Positions 40,866-53,574 of a stretch of DNA of 64,000 bases are shown one piece after another (position 1 is the stretch's first letter; every line of letters starts with the position of its first letter). Made by a program: the position numbers and the translations under genes. This stretch comes from Polyangiaceae bacterium (GTDB taxonomy: Bacteria > Myxococcota_A > Polyangia > Polyangiales > Polyangiaceae): assembly GCA_965222375.1 (NCBI GenBank), contig CBDCTZ010000015.1, forward strand, positions 544,001 through 608,000, given 5' to 3'. Below the pieces are notes generated by a model. It saw nothing but the letters and a program-made list of their open reading frames with translations, ran no database searches and was not told where the DNA came from.

Positions 40866-41699
40866 ATGCACGCGGTTGAAGTGAGTGGGGTTACGCCCGT
40901 CACGGGCGAAGATCAGTGGTTCGTGACGAACGGTTTGGAGGCCGTTGGTCCCGTTTCGTTCGGGTTGATGCAGCGGGGTCTGGAGGCCGGCCGCATCCCG
41001 GTGGATTCCTTTGTTCGGCATTCATCCTGGAAGGTGTGGCGCAAGCTGCGCGACATCGAAGGCCTTTCCAAAAAACAGCGCGAGAAGAAAGTCGCGGAGT
41101 TGGCCGAGGTTTCTGCCGCTGTCGAGGCCCGCGCCAGCGATCCCCGCAACGAAGCGCCTCCGCCGCCGCCCGCCGAGGAACTAGAAGGCCCCGCGAATGA
41201 CGCCACGCCGCCATCCCTGCAGCCTCCGAACATCGACCCGGAAACGGTTTTCGCCTCCGCAGAAGATCTGGAGCAGGCGTTCTTGCTCGCACTGTCCACC
41301 TCAGTGACCGCCGCTAGCGCACACATCGGCTTGATTCACGTGGTCCGCCCCGATCTAAAGACCACGGCATGCTCCTTTGCGCAGGGCCATGGCGTCGAGG
41401 CTCTACTCGGAGAGCGCATGGCGGAAAACGACCCAGCGTTGCTCGCTGCCCAAGCCGGCCACACAGTCATGGGCGAGATGCGCCTCGGTGAGGCTGGCAA
41501 GCACATCGCTGGTCGAGTGGCTCGGGCGCTCCCAGGTCCCCGGGGTGTTGCCATGGTACCGGTGCGCATGAACGGTGCGCTCTTGGCGCTGATCGAACTC
41601 GGTCGCTCCACGCGGCCCTTCCGAGCGCGTGAGATTGCCCCGGTAGAAGCCGTGGCCGACGCCCTGGTCGCACGGATCGAGGAAACGGGCTGGCTCTAG
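40866..41699 (+). CDS. GYF_2-like + GAF domain protein
   Basis: WFVTNGLEAVGPVS...W; AMVPVRMNGALLALIEL. Confidence 0.6.
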   Translation: MHAVEVSGVTPVTGEDQWFVTNGLEAVGPVSFGLMQRGLEAGRIPVDSFVRHSSWKVWRKLRDIEGLSKKQREKKVAELAEVSAAVEARASDPRNEAPPPPPAEELEGPANDATPPSLQPPNIDPETVFASAEDLEQAFLLALSTSVTAASAHIGLIHVVRPDLKTTACSFAQGHGVEALLGERMAENDPALLAAQAGHTVMGEMRLGEAGKHIAGRVARALPGPRGVAMVPVRMNGALLALIELGRSTRPFRAREIAPVEAVADALVARIEETGWL

Positions 41700-41752
41700 C
41701 AGGCTTCAATCCCCTGCATTGATGCCTGCGGGCGCGTGATACAGTCCCGCCC

Positions 41753-42175
41753 ATGTTCGCCGGCCGCGCCGTCCGACTCGTCGTAGTTGCCGTGGCTCTG
41801 CTGAGCTTCGGTTGTGCGCAAGACTGCGAAACGACGAGTTCGGCATCTGTGGTCTACAAGGGCGGCAACGTCGACCCGAGCGGTACTGTGTACGAAACCA
41901 GCGCCTGGGACGAGCCATGGCTACATTTCCCCGCCGGTCGCCGCTTCGTCCTCGAACACGAGCTGGGCCAGAAGCCCTATGTGCTCAACACCTATCTTTC
42001 GTTCTCCGAAAACCCTCTGACGAGTTCGAATAACGCCTCCGAGAGCGCGGGTAACCAGGCTGTAATCGAAGCAGTAACGGACACTTTCGTGCGCATTCGC
42101 AATGACAGCTGCGCTGACTTCTACCTTCGCGTGACGGCGGCAGCTCCTCCCAGCGTCGACGCCGGCGCAGACTGA
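41753..42175 (+). CDS. Hypothetical lipoprotein
   Basis: SFGC lipobox; ends DAGAD. Confidence 0.65.
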   Translation: MFAGRAVRLVVVAVALLSFGCAQDCETTSSASVVYKGGNVDPSGTVYETSAWDEPWLHFPAGRRFVLEHELGQKPYVLNTYLSFSENPLTSSNNASESAGNQAVIEAVTDTFVRIRNDSCADFYLRVTAAAPPSVDAGAD

Positions 42176-42231
42176 AACTTTACGCGCGGCCCTCGCTCCG
42201 CTAAGAGCAGCCGCCAAACCAGGAGACAACC

Positions 42232-42768
42232 ATGCGTGCCTTCCACCTCAGTATCGTCGTCGCGTCTACCTTCGCCCTCGCCGCAGCCTGTGGTGGCGGG
42301 CAGCCCGAGCCCGTCGCCCCGGAGCCCACGCCCGAGCCCGCACCGATGCCGGAGCCCGCTCCTGAGCCGGAAGCTGCGCCCGAGTCGGAAGCCGCACCAG
42401 AGCCCGCAGCACCCCCGAAGTGGGCCGAGATGAACCACGAGCAAAAAGTAGAGCACATGAAGTCTGTCGTCATGCCGAAGATGACGGCCGTGTTCCAAGA
42501 GTTCGATGGGAAGAAGTACAAGGAGTTCGGTTGCCCGACCTGCCATGGCGAGGGCGCGAAAGAGGGCAAGTTCGAAATGCCCAACAAGAAGCTGCCCAAG
42601 CTCTCTTCCAAGAATAGCTTTGCGAAGCATATGAAGAAGGGCAGGAAGGTCACTGAGTTCATGATGCAAAAGGTCACCCCTGAAATGGCGGGCACCTTGG
42701 GCACCGAGCCGTTCAACCCCGAGACCAAAAAAGGCTTCGGCTGCGGCGGCTGCCACGTAATGGAGTAG
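42232..42768 (+). CDS. Diheme c-type cytochrome lipoprotein
   Basis: AAACGG lipobox, PE-rich linker, CPTCH and CGGCH; GGAG RBS. Confidence 0.8.
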   Translation: MRAFHLSIVVASTFALAAACGGGQPEPVAPEPTPEPAPMPEPAPEPEAAPESEAAPEPAAPPKWAEMNHEQKVEHMKSVVMPKMTAVFQEFDGKKYKEFGCPTCHGEGAKEGKFEMPNKKLPKLSSKNSFAKHMKKGRKVTEFMMQKVTPEMAGTLGTEPFNPETKKGFGCGGCHVME

Positions 42769-42830
42769 TGCGGCGCCACGACCGATCCGCGGCCCAGTCG
42801 CGGCGCGGCTCGGAGGCGTCTCGAAGCTGT

Positions 42831-42930
42831 ATTTTGGTTGGGTCGACGCGCTTGTGGCGCTTCGTGATGCCCGAAGGGGCAATACCCGAAGGGGTGCGGA
42901 AGTGGCGCGGAAAAGGGTCCCTACTCTCGC
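42831..42930 (+). repeat. Dispersed REP-like element, copy E3
   Basis: TTTTGGTTGGGTCGACGCGCTTGTG..TGCCCGAAGGGGCAATACCCGAAGGGGTG..CTACTCTCG. Confidence 0.75.
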
Positions 42931-43582
42931 ACAGGTGCTCGGGGCAAGATCGAAAGGAACCCCTCAGGGACAACTGAAGGGATTCCTTCGGTGGGGGCAT
43001 CTAGCCTTGTGCGCATCCTTCGCCTGCTGCACACCCACGGCGTCACATAACCCAGAACAAACTGCTGCGCGGCCTCTCTCACCCGAGCCGGACCCGCGCA
43101 GCGGCCCAGAAAAGACGCCGCAGAGTTCAGACTCTGGGGTCCAATCAGTGCCGGACGCATCCGTCGAGGCAGCGGGCAGCTGCCGTTCCTTCGAAACCGA
43201 CAACGTCCGGTTCCAAGACGGAGCCATCCGGCTCCTGCGGCGAATCCACTTCGACTACGACAAGCACACGATTCGCAAACAGAGCTTCCCGATCCTCGAC
43301 GATCTCGCGCAACTCTTGTCACGTCACGCCGAGCTGAAGCGTGTCGAAATCCAAGGGCACTATCCCAATCCTCCGCAGACTTATTCGATTCGGCTTTCCC
43401 AAGGACGCGCGCGAGCTGTGGTGCGATACCTCGTGGCGAAGGGCATCGCTCGGAATCGTCTCGAGGCGCGCGGTTACGGCGAGGAGCGGCCGCTCGCTCC
43501 AAACGACACGCCCGAAAGAAGACGGCTCAACCGCCGCATCGAGGTGCGTGTACTCGAGGCGCCACGCCTGAGCTGTGACTGA
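42854..43582 (+). CDS. OmpA-like peptidoglycan-binding protein; true start probably downstream of E3
   Basis: IHFDYDK, VEIQGH, LSQGRARAV, GYGEERP, NRRIEV. Confidence 0.8.
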   Translation: MALRDARRGNTRRGAEVARKRVPTLAQVLGARSKGTPQGQLKGFLRWGHLALCASFACCTPTASHNPEQTAARPLSPEPDPRSGPEKTPQSSDSGVQSVPDASVEAAGSCRSFETDNVRFQDGAIRLLRRIHFDYDKHTIRKQSFPILDDLAQLLSRHAELKRVEIQGHYPNPPQTYSIRLSQGRARAVVRYLVAKGIARNRLEARGYGEERPLAPNDTPERRRLNRRIEVRVLEAPRLSCD

Positions 43583-43825
43583 TGGTTCGTCTCCGCGCTA
43601 CTCCGGGCGCGGGAACTTCGCTTGCAGGTAGGCCCGCGCGCCGCAGTACTCGCGACAGCCCGCTGGTGATGGACAGTGTGTCAAGGCTGACGCCGACGGT
43701 TGGGCTAATGCGCCTGAACGTCGCTGTCTTGCGTACTTCTGAACGCTCGGTCTCAGCGAGGACATTCCGGCTGCCGCGTCCCAGGCGGGCGAACTCGTCC
43801 AGCCAGCGATTCGCGCCATGGGTGT

Positions 43826-45673
43826 TCAATCCGCGCTCCGCGGCGCGGCCTCCCGGGCGAATTGGAGTTCATGCAGACGCGCATATAGCCCACCATGGGC
43901 GATGAGTTCGTCGTGGGTTCCCTGCTCGGCAATGCGCCCCTTGTGAAAGACGACGATGCGATCTGCGCGCCGAATCGTGCTGAGACGATGAGCGATCAGG
44001 ATCGCGGTGCGACCGCGCCAAAGCTCCTCGAGCGCAGTCTGGAGCTTCGCTTCGGTATCGCTATCGATGTTCGCTGTCGCTTCGTCCAAGATCAGCACCG
44101 GGGAATCACGATATAGCGCGCGCGCAAAGGCGATGAGCTGACGCTCGCCCGCGGAAAAGTTCTCGCCACGCTCCTGCACCAGAGTGTCCAGCCCTTGCTC
44201 GCGCTTCATGAATAGTTCGAGAGCTCCAATTCGGGTGAGGGCATCCCGAACTCGTTCCATGTCCGGGGCTTCACCCGCGGCGATATTCGTCGCCACGCTG
44301 CCGGGGAACAGGAATACGTCTTGGGGCACGACGGCAAATCGCCTCCGCAGCTCCTGTCGAGACATGCTGCACACGTCCCTTCCACCAACCCGTACGGTGC
44401 CCTGCATCACCTCGTACAAACGCAGCAACAAGGACGTCACCGTCGTCTTGCCCGCACCCGTGGGCCCCACGAGCGCGATCTTCTCGCCGGGCTTTGCGCT
44501 CAGAGACACCCCATGCAGCACCGGGACGCCGGGCTTGTATTCGAAGCTGATGTCGTCGAGTTCCAACGCGAGGGATGGGTCTCCGTCGGCGCCACTCTCA
44601 GCGGTTGGAGCATCTAGCTCGGCTTCGGGTGTGTCGATCAAGCCGAACACCCTTTCCGCACCTGCCATCGCGCTCTGAAGCAGGGTGTAGCGCTGCGCCA
44701 GCGCGCTGATGGGCTCGAAAAACTGAACCAGGTAGGCGTTAAAAGCGACGACGGTGCCGAAGCTGACCGGGTGGTAGCCCAAGTACACGATGATGCTTGC
44801 CAGGCACACGGCGGCGATCATTTCGATGGCCGCGTCCTGCATCGACTCGAACTTGATGGACGAGAGCGTTGCGTCTCGATAGGCGCGATTGATGTCGTCG
44901 AATTCCCGAGCCGCCGCGTCCTCGTGGCGATAGGCTTGCACCACGCTCATCCCGGCAACTTGTTCGTTCATCGTGGCGTTCATGCGCGCCGTCTTGGAGC
45001 GGATCTCGCGAAACGCGGTCCTCATACGCTTGCGTACGAACACCACTAGCAGGGCCACTGGCGGCGTAGCCGCAAAGGCGACAAGTGCGAGCTTGGCGTC
45101 CAGCGCCAACATCAGCGCGACGATGCCGATCAAGCGGATCAGATCGCCGAAGGCGTTGAGGGCGCCAGAGGCGAATAGCTCCTGGATCGCATCCACGTCG
45201 TTGGTGACCCGAGTCACCAAGCGGCCGACGGGCTGGTGATCGAAGAAGCCGAGCCGAAGGCGATGCAGGAACGTGAACACATGGCGTCGCAAGTCCGCCA
45301 TGGCCCGGGCACCCGCGACCTGCAGAGCGTATATCTGAATGTACACCAAGACCTGCTCGACAAGCACGATGCCCAACAGCAGCAGGCCCGAGTTCATCAG
45401 CACGTCGCCGTCGCCGCGAAGCACGCCCTCGTCGATGGCGTGCAGCATCACGAGGGGTCGAACCATCGATCCGACTGCGGTGATCAGGATGGAGGCCACC
45501 GCCAGGGCCAGGGCCAGTTTGTGCGGTTTCACGAAAGGCCAGAGCCTTGCGATCAGTCGTGAATCGTAGGCCTTGCCCAGCCTGCCTTCTTCGTGAAAGC
45601 GGCGCAGCACGGCCTCCGTGCGGGACTCGCCCTGCTCGCCTGATGTTTCGGCCGAAGTCGTCATCTGCGTCAC
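43826..45673 (-). CDS. ABC exporter, TMD+NBD subunit (MdlB-like)
   Basis: GPTGAGKTT, FSAGERQL, ILDEATANID, IAHRLST. Confidence 0.93.
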   Translation of the reverse strand: MTQMTTSAETSGEQGESRTEAVLRRFHEEGRLGKAYDSRLIARLWPFVKPHKLALALAVASILITAVGSMVRPLVMLHAIDEGVLRGDGDVLMNSGLLLLGIVLVEQVLVYIQIYALQVAGARAMADLRRHVFTFLHRLRLGFFDHQPVGRLVTRVTNDVDAIQELFASGALNAFGDLIRLIGIVALMLALDAKLALVAFAATPPVALLVVFVRKRMRTAFREIRSKTARMNATMNEQVAGMSVVQAYRHEDAAAREFDDINRAYRDATLSSIKFESMQDAAIEMIAAVCLASIIVYLGYHPVSFGTVVAFNAYLVQFFEPISALAQRYTLLQSAMAGAERVFGLIDTPEAELDAPTAESGADGDPSLALELDDISFEYKPGVPVLHGVSLSAKPGEKIALVGPTGAGKTTVTSLLLRLYEVMQGTVRVGGRDVCSMSRQELRRRFAVVPQDVFLFPGSVATNIAAGEAPDMERVRDALTRIGALELFMKREQGLDTLVQERGENFSAGERQLIAFARALYRDSPVLILDEATANIDSDTEAKLQTALEELWRGRTAILIAHRLSTIRRADRIVVFHKGRIAEQGTHDELIAHGGLYARLHELQFAREAAPRSAD

Positions 45674-47472
45674 GCGCTCTGAGCGATTTCGCTCAGGTCC
45701 TGCTCTCCCAGCTGCGCCAGTTCCTGTTCAATGCGCTGCTCTTCAGCGAAGGCGGCGTAGAGTCCGCCCTGCGCGATCAATTCATCGTGAGTGCCTTGCT
45801 CGACCACCCTTCCCTGATCCAAGACGAGCACCTGATCGCATCGAGCCGCTGCGGCGACCCGGTGGGTGATCAAGATCACGCCACGCTCGGCGCGTTGTCG
45901 ATCGATGGCGTCGAGAATCGCGCGCTCAGTGCGCGCATCCACTGCGCTCAGGGGGTCATCCAGTACCATGAGCTTCGGCTTGGCGACGAAAGCCCGCGCC
46001 AACGCGGTGCGCTGCTTTTGTCCCCCGGAGAGCTGCACACCGCGCTCACCGACGATGGTGTCAAAGCCGTCCGGTAGCGAGAGCACTTCGTCGAGGACAT
46101 GGGCTTCCTTGGCGGCCTCGCGAATCGTCTTGAGCGCCGGGCCCGAATCCGGGTTTTCGAGCACGTAACCCACGTTGCGCCCAATCGTCGTAGAGAACAG
46201 GAAAGCGCTCTGCTGAGCGTACCCCACACCGCTTCGCACCGTCTCGAGAGGTAAGTCACAGACGTCCACTCCATCCAGGAACACGCTGCCCCGGGGGGTC
46301 GGCATCAAGCGAGGCAAGAGCACAGCCAAGGTGGACTTCCCGGCACCGGTCCGACCCACGATGGCCAGGGAACCACCAGCGGGTACGGAGAAGCTCACGC
46401 CCCGCAGGACGTCTTCGCTGCTGTAGCCAAAGGTCAAGTTCCGCACTTCAAGTGCCCCCTGCAGGGGCTCGGGCGCCGGCTCCTTGCCATCGACGATGTC
46501 GGGCTCTGCCTGGTAGATTTCTTCGAGGCGCGAGTATGACGCCCGGCCACGCTGTACCAGGCCAACCAGAAAGCCGAGCGCGATGAGCGGCCAGGTGAGC
46601 CGAGCCAAGGCTCGATAGAACGCGAGAAACCCACCCGCGGTGAGTTCCTCTTGCAGCATCAAGTGGCCACCGTACCAAAACACGATCAAGATCCCGAAGG
46701 CGACGATGGCCTGCATGATCGGCCCCATCGAACCGCGCAGGCGTGCCAAGGCCAGGCTCTTGTCCAGGTAGAGCTGGTTAGTCTCTTCGAAGCGCTCACG
46801 CTCGGAGTCTTCCAGAGCAAAGGAGCGCACGACTCGCACGCCAGCGATGCTGGACTGCACGCTTTCACTCATCTTTCCGATGGCGTCCTGATTGTCCCGA
46901 GTGCGGGTGTAGATCAGTCGAGAGAAGCGCTGAGTTACCAGCATGAGTACCGGCAGCATGCTCAGGGACGCCAGAGTCAGCTTCCAACTGATGCCGATCG
47001 TGACGGTCAGTGAGCTAACCAGAGCAAATAAAGTATTGATCACGTTCAGCACGCCGAACCCGAGTAGCAACCGCACTTGGGCTAGATCATTCGTGACTCG
47101 GCTCATGATCTCCCCAGAGCTCATGTGGCGATAAAACGAGGGACCGAGCTTGTGCAGGTGGTGCAACAGGGCGCGGCGCAGTTCATATTCGGCGATCCGG
47201 CCACCATTGAAGATGGCGACCCGGGAAAGCACCCGAACACCAAAGGCGACGATCGAAACGCCCACCAACCACGCACCGAGCTGCGCCGCTGCAGCGTATT
47301 TCTCCGCCATCGCGTCGTTGATGGCGAGCATCAAGCGGGTATCGAACCAATACTGCGCGTATTGGTAGCCGGCCAGGAGCAGCAAGCCCACGCCATAGCG
47401 GCGCGCTTGACGCAGGAATTGGGCGGTCAGAGTGACCGGAATGCTCTCAGCGGGCGGCGACATTTGGGGCAC
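45670..47472 (-). CDS. ABC exporter, TMD+NBD subunit (MdlA-like)
   Basis: GRTGAGKST, LSGGQKQR, LDDPLSAVD (degenerate Walker B). Confidence 0.93.
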   Translation of the reverse strand: MPQMSPPAESIPVTLTAQFLRQARRYGVGLLLLAGYQYAQYWFDTRLMLAINDAMAEKYAAAAQLGAWLVGVSIVAFGVRVLSRVAIFNGGRIAEYELRRALLHHLHKLGPSFYRHMSSGEIMSRVTNDLAQVRLLLGFGVLNVINTLFALVSSLTVTIGISWKLTLASLSMLPVLMLVTQRFSRLIYTRTRDNQDAIGKMSESVQSSIAGVRVVRSFALEDSERERFEETNQLYLDKSLALARLRGSMGPIMQAIVAFGILIVFWYGGHLMLQEELTAGGFLAFYRALARLTWPLIALGFLVGLVQRGRASYSRLEEIYQAEPDIVDGKEPAPEPLQGALEVRNLTFGYSSEDVLRGVSFSVPAGGSLAIVGRTGAGKSTLAVLLPRLMPTPRGSVFLDGVDVCDLPLETVRSGVGYAQQSAFLFSTTIGRNVGYVLENPDSGPALKTIREAAKEAHVLDEVLSLPDGFDTIVGERGVQLSGGQKQRTALARAFVAKPKLMVLDDPLSAVDARTERAILDAIDRQRAERGVILITHRVAAAARCDQVLVLDQGRVVEQGTHDELIAQGGLYAAFAEEQRIEQELAQLGEQDLSEIAQSA

Positions 47473-47677
47473 AGGAGCCCGAATCCAGCGAGCCCAGTGT
47501 GTCGATAGTCCTCATGGCGGACAATCGCCAGCACTCCGATAGCAAGCGCTGGGAATTGCAGGATTTTCTAGGAAACCACCCGCATCGGAGCTGGAGCGTT
47601 GCGGGAGCGCGGCACTGAAGGAGTCCAGGCTGCCGAGAATCGACCGTTCCTGGGCTTTGAGGCCCGTCTCTTCTGTC

Positions 47678-49642
<1,965 letters not shown>

Positions 49643-49954
49643 TAAGAGCGTCCGCGTCAAGCTATTCGGCCTGGTTGTCTTCGTCGCGCTAGTGCCCGTT
49701 GTAGCTTTTGCTTGGGCAGTCCGCCTACGATCAAGTGCTGCGAGATCTGCAGCAACAACATGCCACACAGGCGAGTGCGCGCACGCGGGCTTACCTGTCT
49801 GGGCTCTAGCGGCTCATGAAGGGCACGCCCGTACGAATCGGTCGGAGCGAGGCTTTGGCAAACCCTTCAGAGTCTCGTACCGTGCGGGGACGTTTCTACT
49901 AGTCAGATCTGTCAGGCCGCGGGCACCTGCCCGCCCTAGAGTGCTTTGCGGCGC

Positions 49955-50406
49955 TCACGCGCACCGCATCGCACAGACCCGACCTTGTAAGTCGCAACCA
50001 GGTTCCACCTCGTCGGAACAGTACGCGGGCGGTGGTGTGCATGGATCCGCCTCGCAACATTCGGCACCACTGCATCCACCGAAGCCGCAGCCTTCATGAA
50101 AGCCAGCTGGGCACGTGCCACCCTCCGGCTTGTCGATGCACAGGGGCGGCGCACCTCCGCAACAAGGCTGGATACAATACTGCGTTACGCCGCAGGTCTC
50201 CTTGCCACATGCGAAGGGGCCGTCGGCGGGTGGTGGCGCATCCGCCGACGCGTCGGACTGGCCACCACCTGTGCCACCCCTGTCCCGCTGGTCGCTCCGG
50301 AGCCACCGGTGCCGGAGTCTGAGCCACCGCTTCCAGGCACGGTACCCCCTTCGCTGCTGCATCCCGCCAAGCCCAGTGAGCAAACCAAAGTGAGCCACTT
50401 GATCAT
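49955..50406 (-). pseudogene. Cys-rich lipoprotein split by a frameshift near 50278
   Basis: MIKWLTLVCSLGLAGC.. is in one frame and GGTGGGQSDASADA..Cys-rich in another; switch at ACAGGGGTGGC. Confidence 0.7.
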
Positions 50407-50443
50407 GGCCGATCCGTAGAGCAAGCGGCATACCAGTATTTGT

Positions 50444-50459
50444 GGCGCAGCCTGTGCCA
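50444..50459 (-). promoter_or_regulatory. Possible sigma54 promoter TGGCACAGGCTGCGCC
   Basis: TGGCAC with GG-N10-GC spacing; weak -12 element. Confidence 0.4.
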
Positions 50460-50524
50460 TGCGTCTTCAAACGCGCTCTCCTACACCATGGTGGCGGAAG
50501 ACTGCCTCTGCGACACACGTAGCT

Positions 50525-50959
50525 CTATTGGTGGCGCGCCGCTGCCACCGGCGCATGCGAGTGCTTTTCAGCCCCCCCGGATTGCGGGATCTCGCAGGCG
50601 TCGGTGCAGCGGCCGGTCCACTTGAGTCGATTCGCCGCAAACTTCGAGTAGCCCCAATCCAACGCACCCCGCACGCCAGGCAAGCGGCTGAGCGCGACCA
50701 CGGGACCGAAGCCCACGGCGCCATAGAGTCGACGAAAGACCTCAACGCCTTCCACCCAGCTGCCGTCCGGCAAGCGACCTCGAATCCGCTGCATGAGCTG
50801 CTCGTGGGTAGTTCCTAGTTGCGTCGGGTCAAACTCGGGATCTGCGATGTTCGTAAACAGGATCCGTTCTTTCTTGTCCAACCTCATGAGCATGCGGATC
50901 TCGCGCATGCACAGCGGGCAATCGCCGTCGTAAAACACTTCAAACTGCGTACCGCTCAT
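50525..50959 (-). CDS. DCC family thiol-disulfide oxidoreductase (DUF393)
   Basis: YDGDCPLC. Confidence 0.9.
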   Translation of the reverse strand: MSGTQFEVFYDGDCPLCMREIRMLMRLDKKERILFTNIADPEFDPTQLGTTHEQLMQRIRGRLPDGSWVEGVEVFRRLYGAVGFGPVVALSRLPGVRGALDWGYSKFAANRLKWTGRCTDACEIPQSGGAEKHSHAPVAAARHQ

Positions 50960-50994
50960 CCCGACCTACCGTATGCTAGTTTGTCTAGGACACA

Positions 50995-51528
50995 ATGCGA
51001 GCACCGCAACCCCCTTGGAAATCGACTACCAAACTCTCGGCTCTCTTTTCGACGTCCGTACTCGCACTATGCCTCGGCTGCTCCAACACTAAGGATGGGC
51101 CGGAGGAAATCCCCCTGGCCTGCGACGACGCCGAGCCGGCTCCGAGCAACGCACCCACCTTCGAGGTCGGCAAGGAGGGTGGCGACTTATGGAAGCCCAT
51201 CGCCACCAGTGACGCACTGCCAGTGGTGCGCGGCGGCCAAGGTGGAATGCACATCGATACCGCTCTGCGCTTCTTCTACGACACCGAGGAGAAAGTGCGG
51301 GTGTTCGCCAAGGTCACGGATCCGAGCGGAGACCTGATTGGCGAAAACGCCGGTACATTCCGCACCTGCGCCGGCAAGTGGACGATCAAACGAGACTTTC
51401 GCATCTTTATGTATCGCTTCGAAAGGGACGCGCTCATCAACCTCGACGCCAATCTGCCCGAGGGCGCTGCGCCGTCAATCACTCTCGAACACATGGAGCT
51501 CTACGACCCCACGAAGCCAACCCCCTAA
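50995..51528 (+). CDS. Hypothetical lipoprotein
   Basis: CLGC lipobox; GGQGGMH motif. Confidence 0.65.
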   Translation: MRAPQPPWKSTTKLSALFSTSVLALCLGCSNTKDGPEEIPLACDDAEPAPSNAPTFEVGKEGGDLWKPIATSDALPVVRGGQGGMHIDTALRFFYDTEEKVRVFAKVTDPSGDLIGENAGTFRTCAGKWTIKRDFRIFMYRFERDALINLDANLPEGAAPSITLEHMELYDPTKPTP

Positions 51529-51535
51529 ACGAGTA

Positions 51536-52309
51536 TCAGTAGGTTCGAGACGAGCGCCGACGCAGTAGCAGCCGCTTCCGTCGCTCCACCTCTTGCGCAG
51601 CGGCGGCCTCATCTTCGCCAATGGTGTGTTCGATGAGGGTGATCTTCTGCCAGACCTTCTGAGACAACGCCGTGGTCAGATTCTCGACCTCGTCCACCGC
51701 GTTCAAGACCACGGGATCCGTGTAACCCTGCACCGTCAGCGCGCCCACCTTACTCACCAAAGCGAGCAGTTCGGTGCAGTAGTTCAGATATCTGAGGAGC
51801 TCGACGTCGCTCATCGTGCGCACCGGCGACGATGCAGTGTTTGGTACGCCTGAGGTCAGCTCCGAAGGGTCTTTGGTCAGTTGGTGCATGTCCACGATGT
51901 GCGCCAGAGACCGCAGCTGGTGTACGAGCGCCAACGCCGTCCGACGTTTTATGCGACTTTCCAGAGTGACCAAGAAGATCACGCCCGTACCGATGAAGAA
52001 CAGACTGCCCAGCAGGGCCTCGAGGGTTTGAATCAACTCCGTCAGCGCACGAATCTGCAGATTCAGGCGCATCTGGGGCGCCATGAGCATCAACACCACC
52101 AGGGCCCCGAGAATCAGCAGTCCGACCCCGAGCCGTAGGGGCAAGTTGGGCTGCCGTAACCCCGCGCTTCGTGTGATCACCAAACTGGCAATCCCCTGTA
52201 GCTCTTGGGCCACGCCAGACAGGCTCGCGCTCGGAAAGCGCTCATCGATGCGCCTCACCAATTGCTCGATGGTACGAACGATCTTGCCTTCGTCGAGCCT
52301 CTCGTACAC
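51536..52309 (-). CDS. Conserved-looking two-TM hypothetical protein
   Basis: RIDERFP, LRSLAHIVDMHQLTKDP, RYLNYCTELL. Confidence 0.7.
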   Translation of the reverse strand: MYERLDEGKIVRTIEQLVRRIDERFPSASLSGVAQELQGIASLVITRSAGLRQPNLPLRLGVGLLILGALVVLMLMAPQMRLNLQIRALTELIQTLEALLGSLFFIGTGVIFLVTLESRIKRRTALALVHQLRSLAHIVDMHQLTKDPSELTSGVPNTASSPVRTMSDVELLRYLNYCTELLALVSKVGALTVQGYTDPVVLNAVDEVENLTTALSQKVWQKITLIEHTIGEDEAAAAQEVERRKRLLLRRRSSRTY

Positions 52310-52389
52310 CTGCGTACCCCGGCGCTTTTCGTAGGCGGGAGCGAGGAAGAACACAAGCTCCGGATCTCAGTTGAGCCAAGCCCCGCCTA

Positions 52390-53532
52390 ATGCAACAATA
52401 TGGGAGAATGGTGCGACCGCTGCGGGGCTTGGTGCTTATTGCCGTCACCACAATTGCGTCTTGTGCCGGGCAACAAACCGAGGACTCGATCCCCAAGAGC
52501 AGCCAAGACGCCGGCACCGACTCCCCAGCTGTGCTGTCAGACTCCGGCATTTTCCCGTCCAACGAGGGTGGCCCCTGCAAGACAGGAGACGTCGGCGCCT
52601 GCTACACGGGCCCCCCCTCGAGCCAGAACGTCGGGGTCTGCGGGGACGGCAATACCACTTGCGACAACGGCACGTGGGGCGCGTGCCTTGGAGAGGTGGT
52701 TCCAGGCATCGAGGTGTGCAACGAACTCGACGACGACTGCAACGGCAGTGTCGATGAGGGGTGCTCCTGCGTGGATGGCAAGACGCGCTCTTGCTACTCC
52801 GGAGCGTCCGGAACCGACGGCAACGGCCCTTGCAAATCTGGCACTCAGACGTGTGCTGGGGGCACGTGGCCGGCGCTGTGCGTCGGGGAGGTCACCCCGG
52901 CTTCGGAGACCTGCAACGGCGTCGACGATGATTGCGACGGCAAAGTTGACGATGGCAACCCCGGCGGCGGCGCCAAATGCACCACAAAGCTGCCCGGTGT
53001 GTGTTCTGCCGGCAGCATGACCTGCGTTTCCGCCAAGCTCTCCTGCACACCCACCACGCCATCGTCCAGCGAGAAGTGCAATTTGGCCGACGACGATTGC
53101 GATGGCAGCTGCGACGAAAGCGCCGGCTGCCGTGTGGGCGTGCATCGCTCTTGGAGCTCGAGCAAGGTAGCGCACCTCTACACGACGAACTTGAGCGAGG
53201 CTCAATCCGGCGGCTACGCCTTGGAAGTCCAGAACTTCTACTACCTTTACAAGGCAAGTCAGCCGGGGATGAAGAAGTTCTACAAGTGCCTGAAGGCCAA
53301 CGGGAAGCACTTCTACACGCAATCCAGTGCTTGCGAGGGTGGCGGAACGAGTCAGGGCGCCATGGGATACATCGGCACAGAAGCTGGCTGTGGCTCGACG
53401 CCTCTATATCGACTGTTTTCAAGCAGCAGCAGCAACCACTTCTACGCGGTCACTACGGGCGAACGGGACTACGCCGTCAGCATTGGCTACAAGTACGAGT
53501 CCATCGCGGGCTACGTGTGGAAAGAGCCGTAG
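52390..53532 (+). CDS. Cys-rich repeat lipoprotein with C-terminal DUF5648-like repeats
   Basis: ExCNxxDDDCDGxVDE repeats; HLYT, HFYT, PLYRL..NHFY. Confidence 0.75.
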   Translation: MQQYGRMVRPLRGLVLIAVTTIASCAGQQTEDSIPKSSQDAGTDSPAVLSDSGIFPSNEGGPCKTGDVGACYTGPPSSQNVGVCGDGNTTCDNGTWGACLGEVVPGIEVCNELDDDCNGSVDEGCSCVDGKTRSCYSGASGTDGNGPCKSGTQTCAGGTWPALCVGEVTPASETCNGVDDDCDGKVDDGNPGGGAKCTTKLPGVCSAGSMTCVSAKLSCTPTTPSSSEKCNLADDDCDGSCDESAGCRVGVHRSWSSSKVAHLYTTNLSEAQSGGYALEVQNFYYLYKASQPGMKKFYKCLKANGKHFYTQSSACEGGGTSQGAMGYIGTEAGCGSTPLYRLFSSSSSNHFYAVTTGERDYAVSIGYKYESIAGYVWKEP

Positions 53533-53541
53533 CCACCCTGC

Positions 53542-53574
53542 TCAAGCCCCTTCGGGTCGACAGGGCTTGATTTT
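53542..53574 (+). terminator. Putative intrinsic terminator
   Basis: TCAAGCCC...GGGCTTGA followed by TTTT, 10 nt after the stop. Confidence 0.5.
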
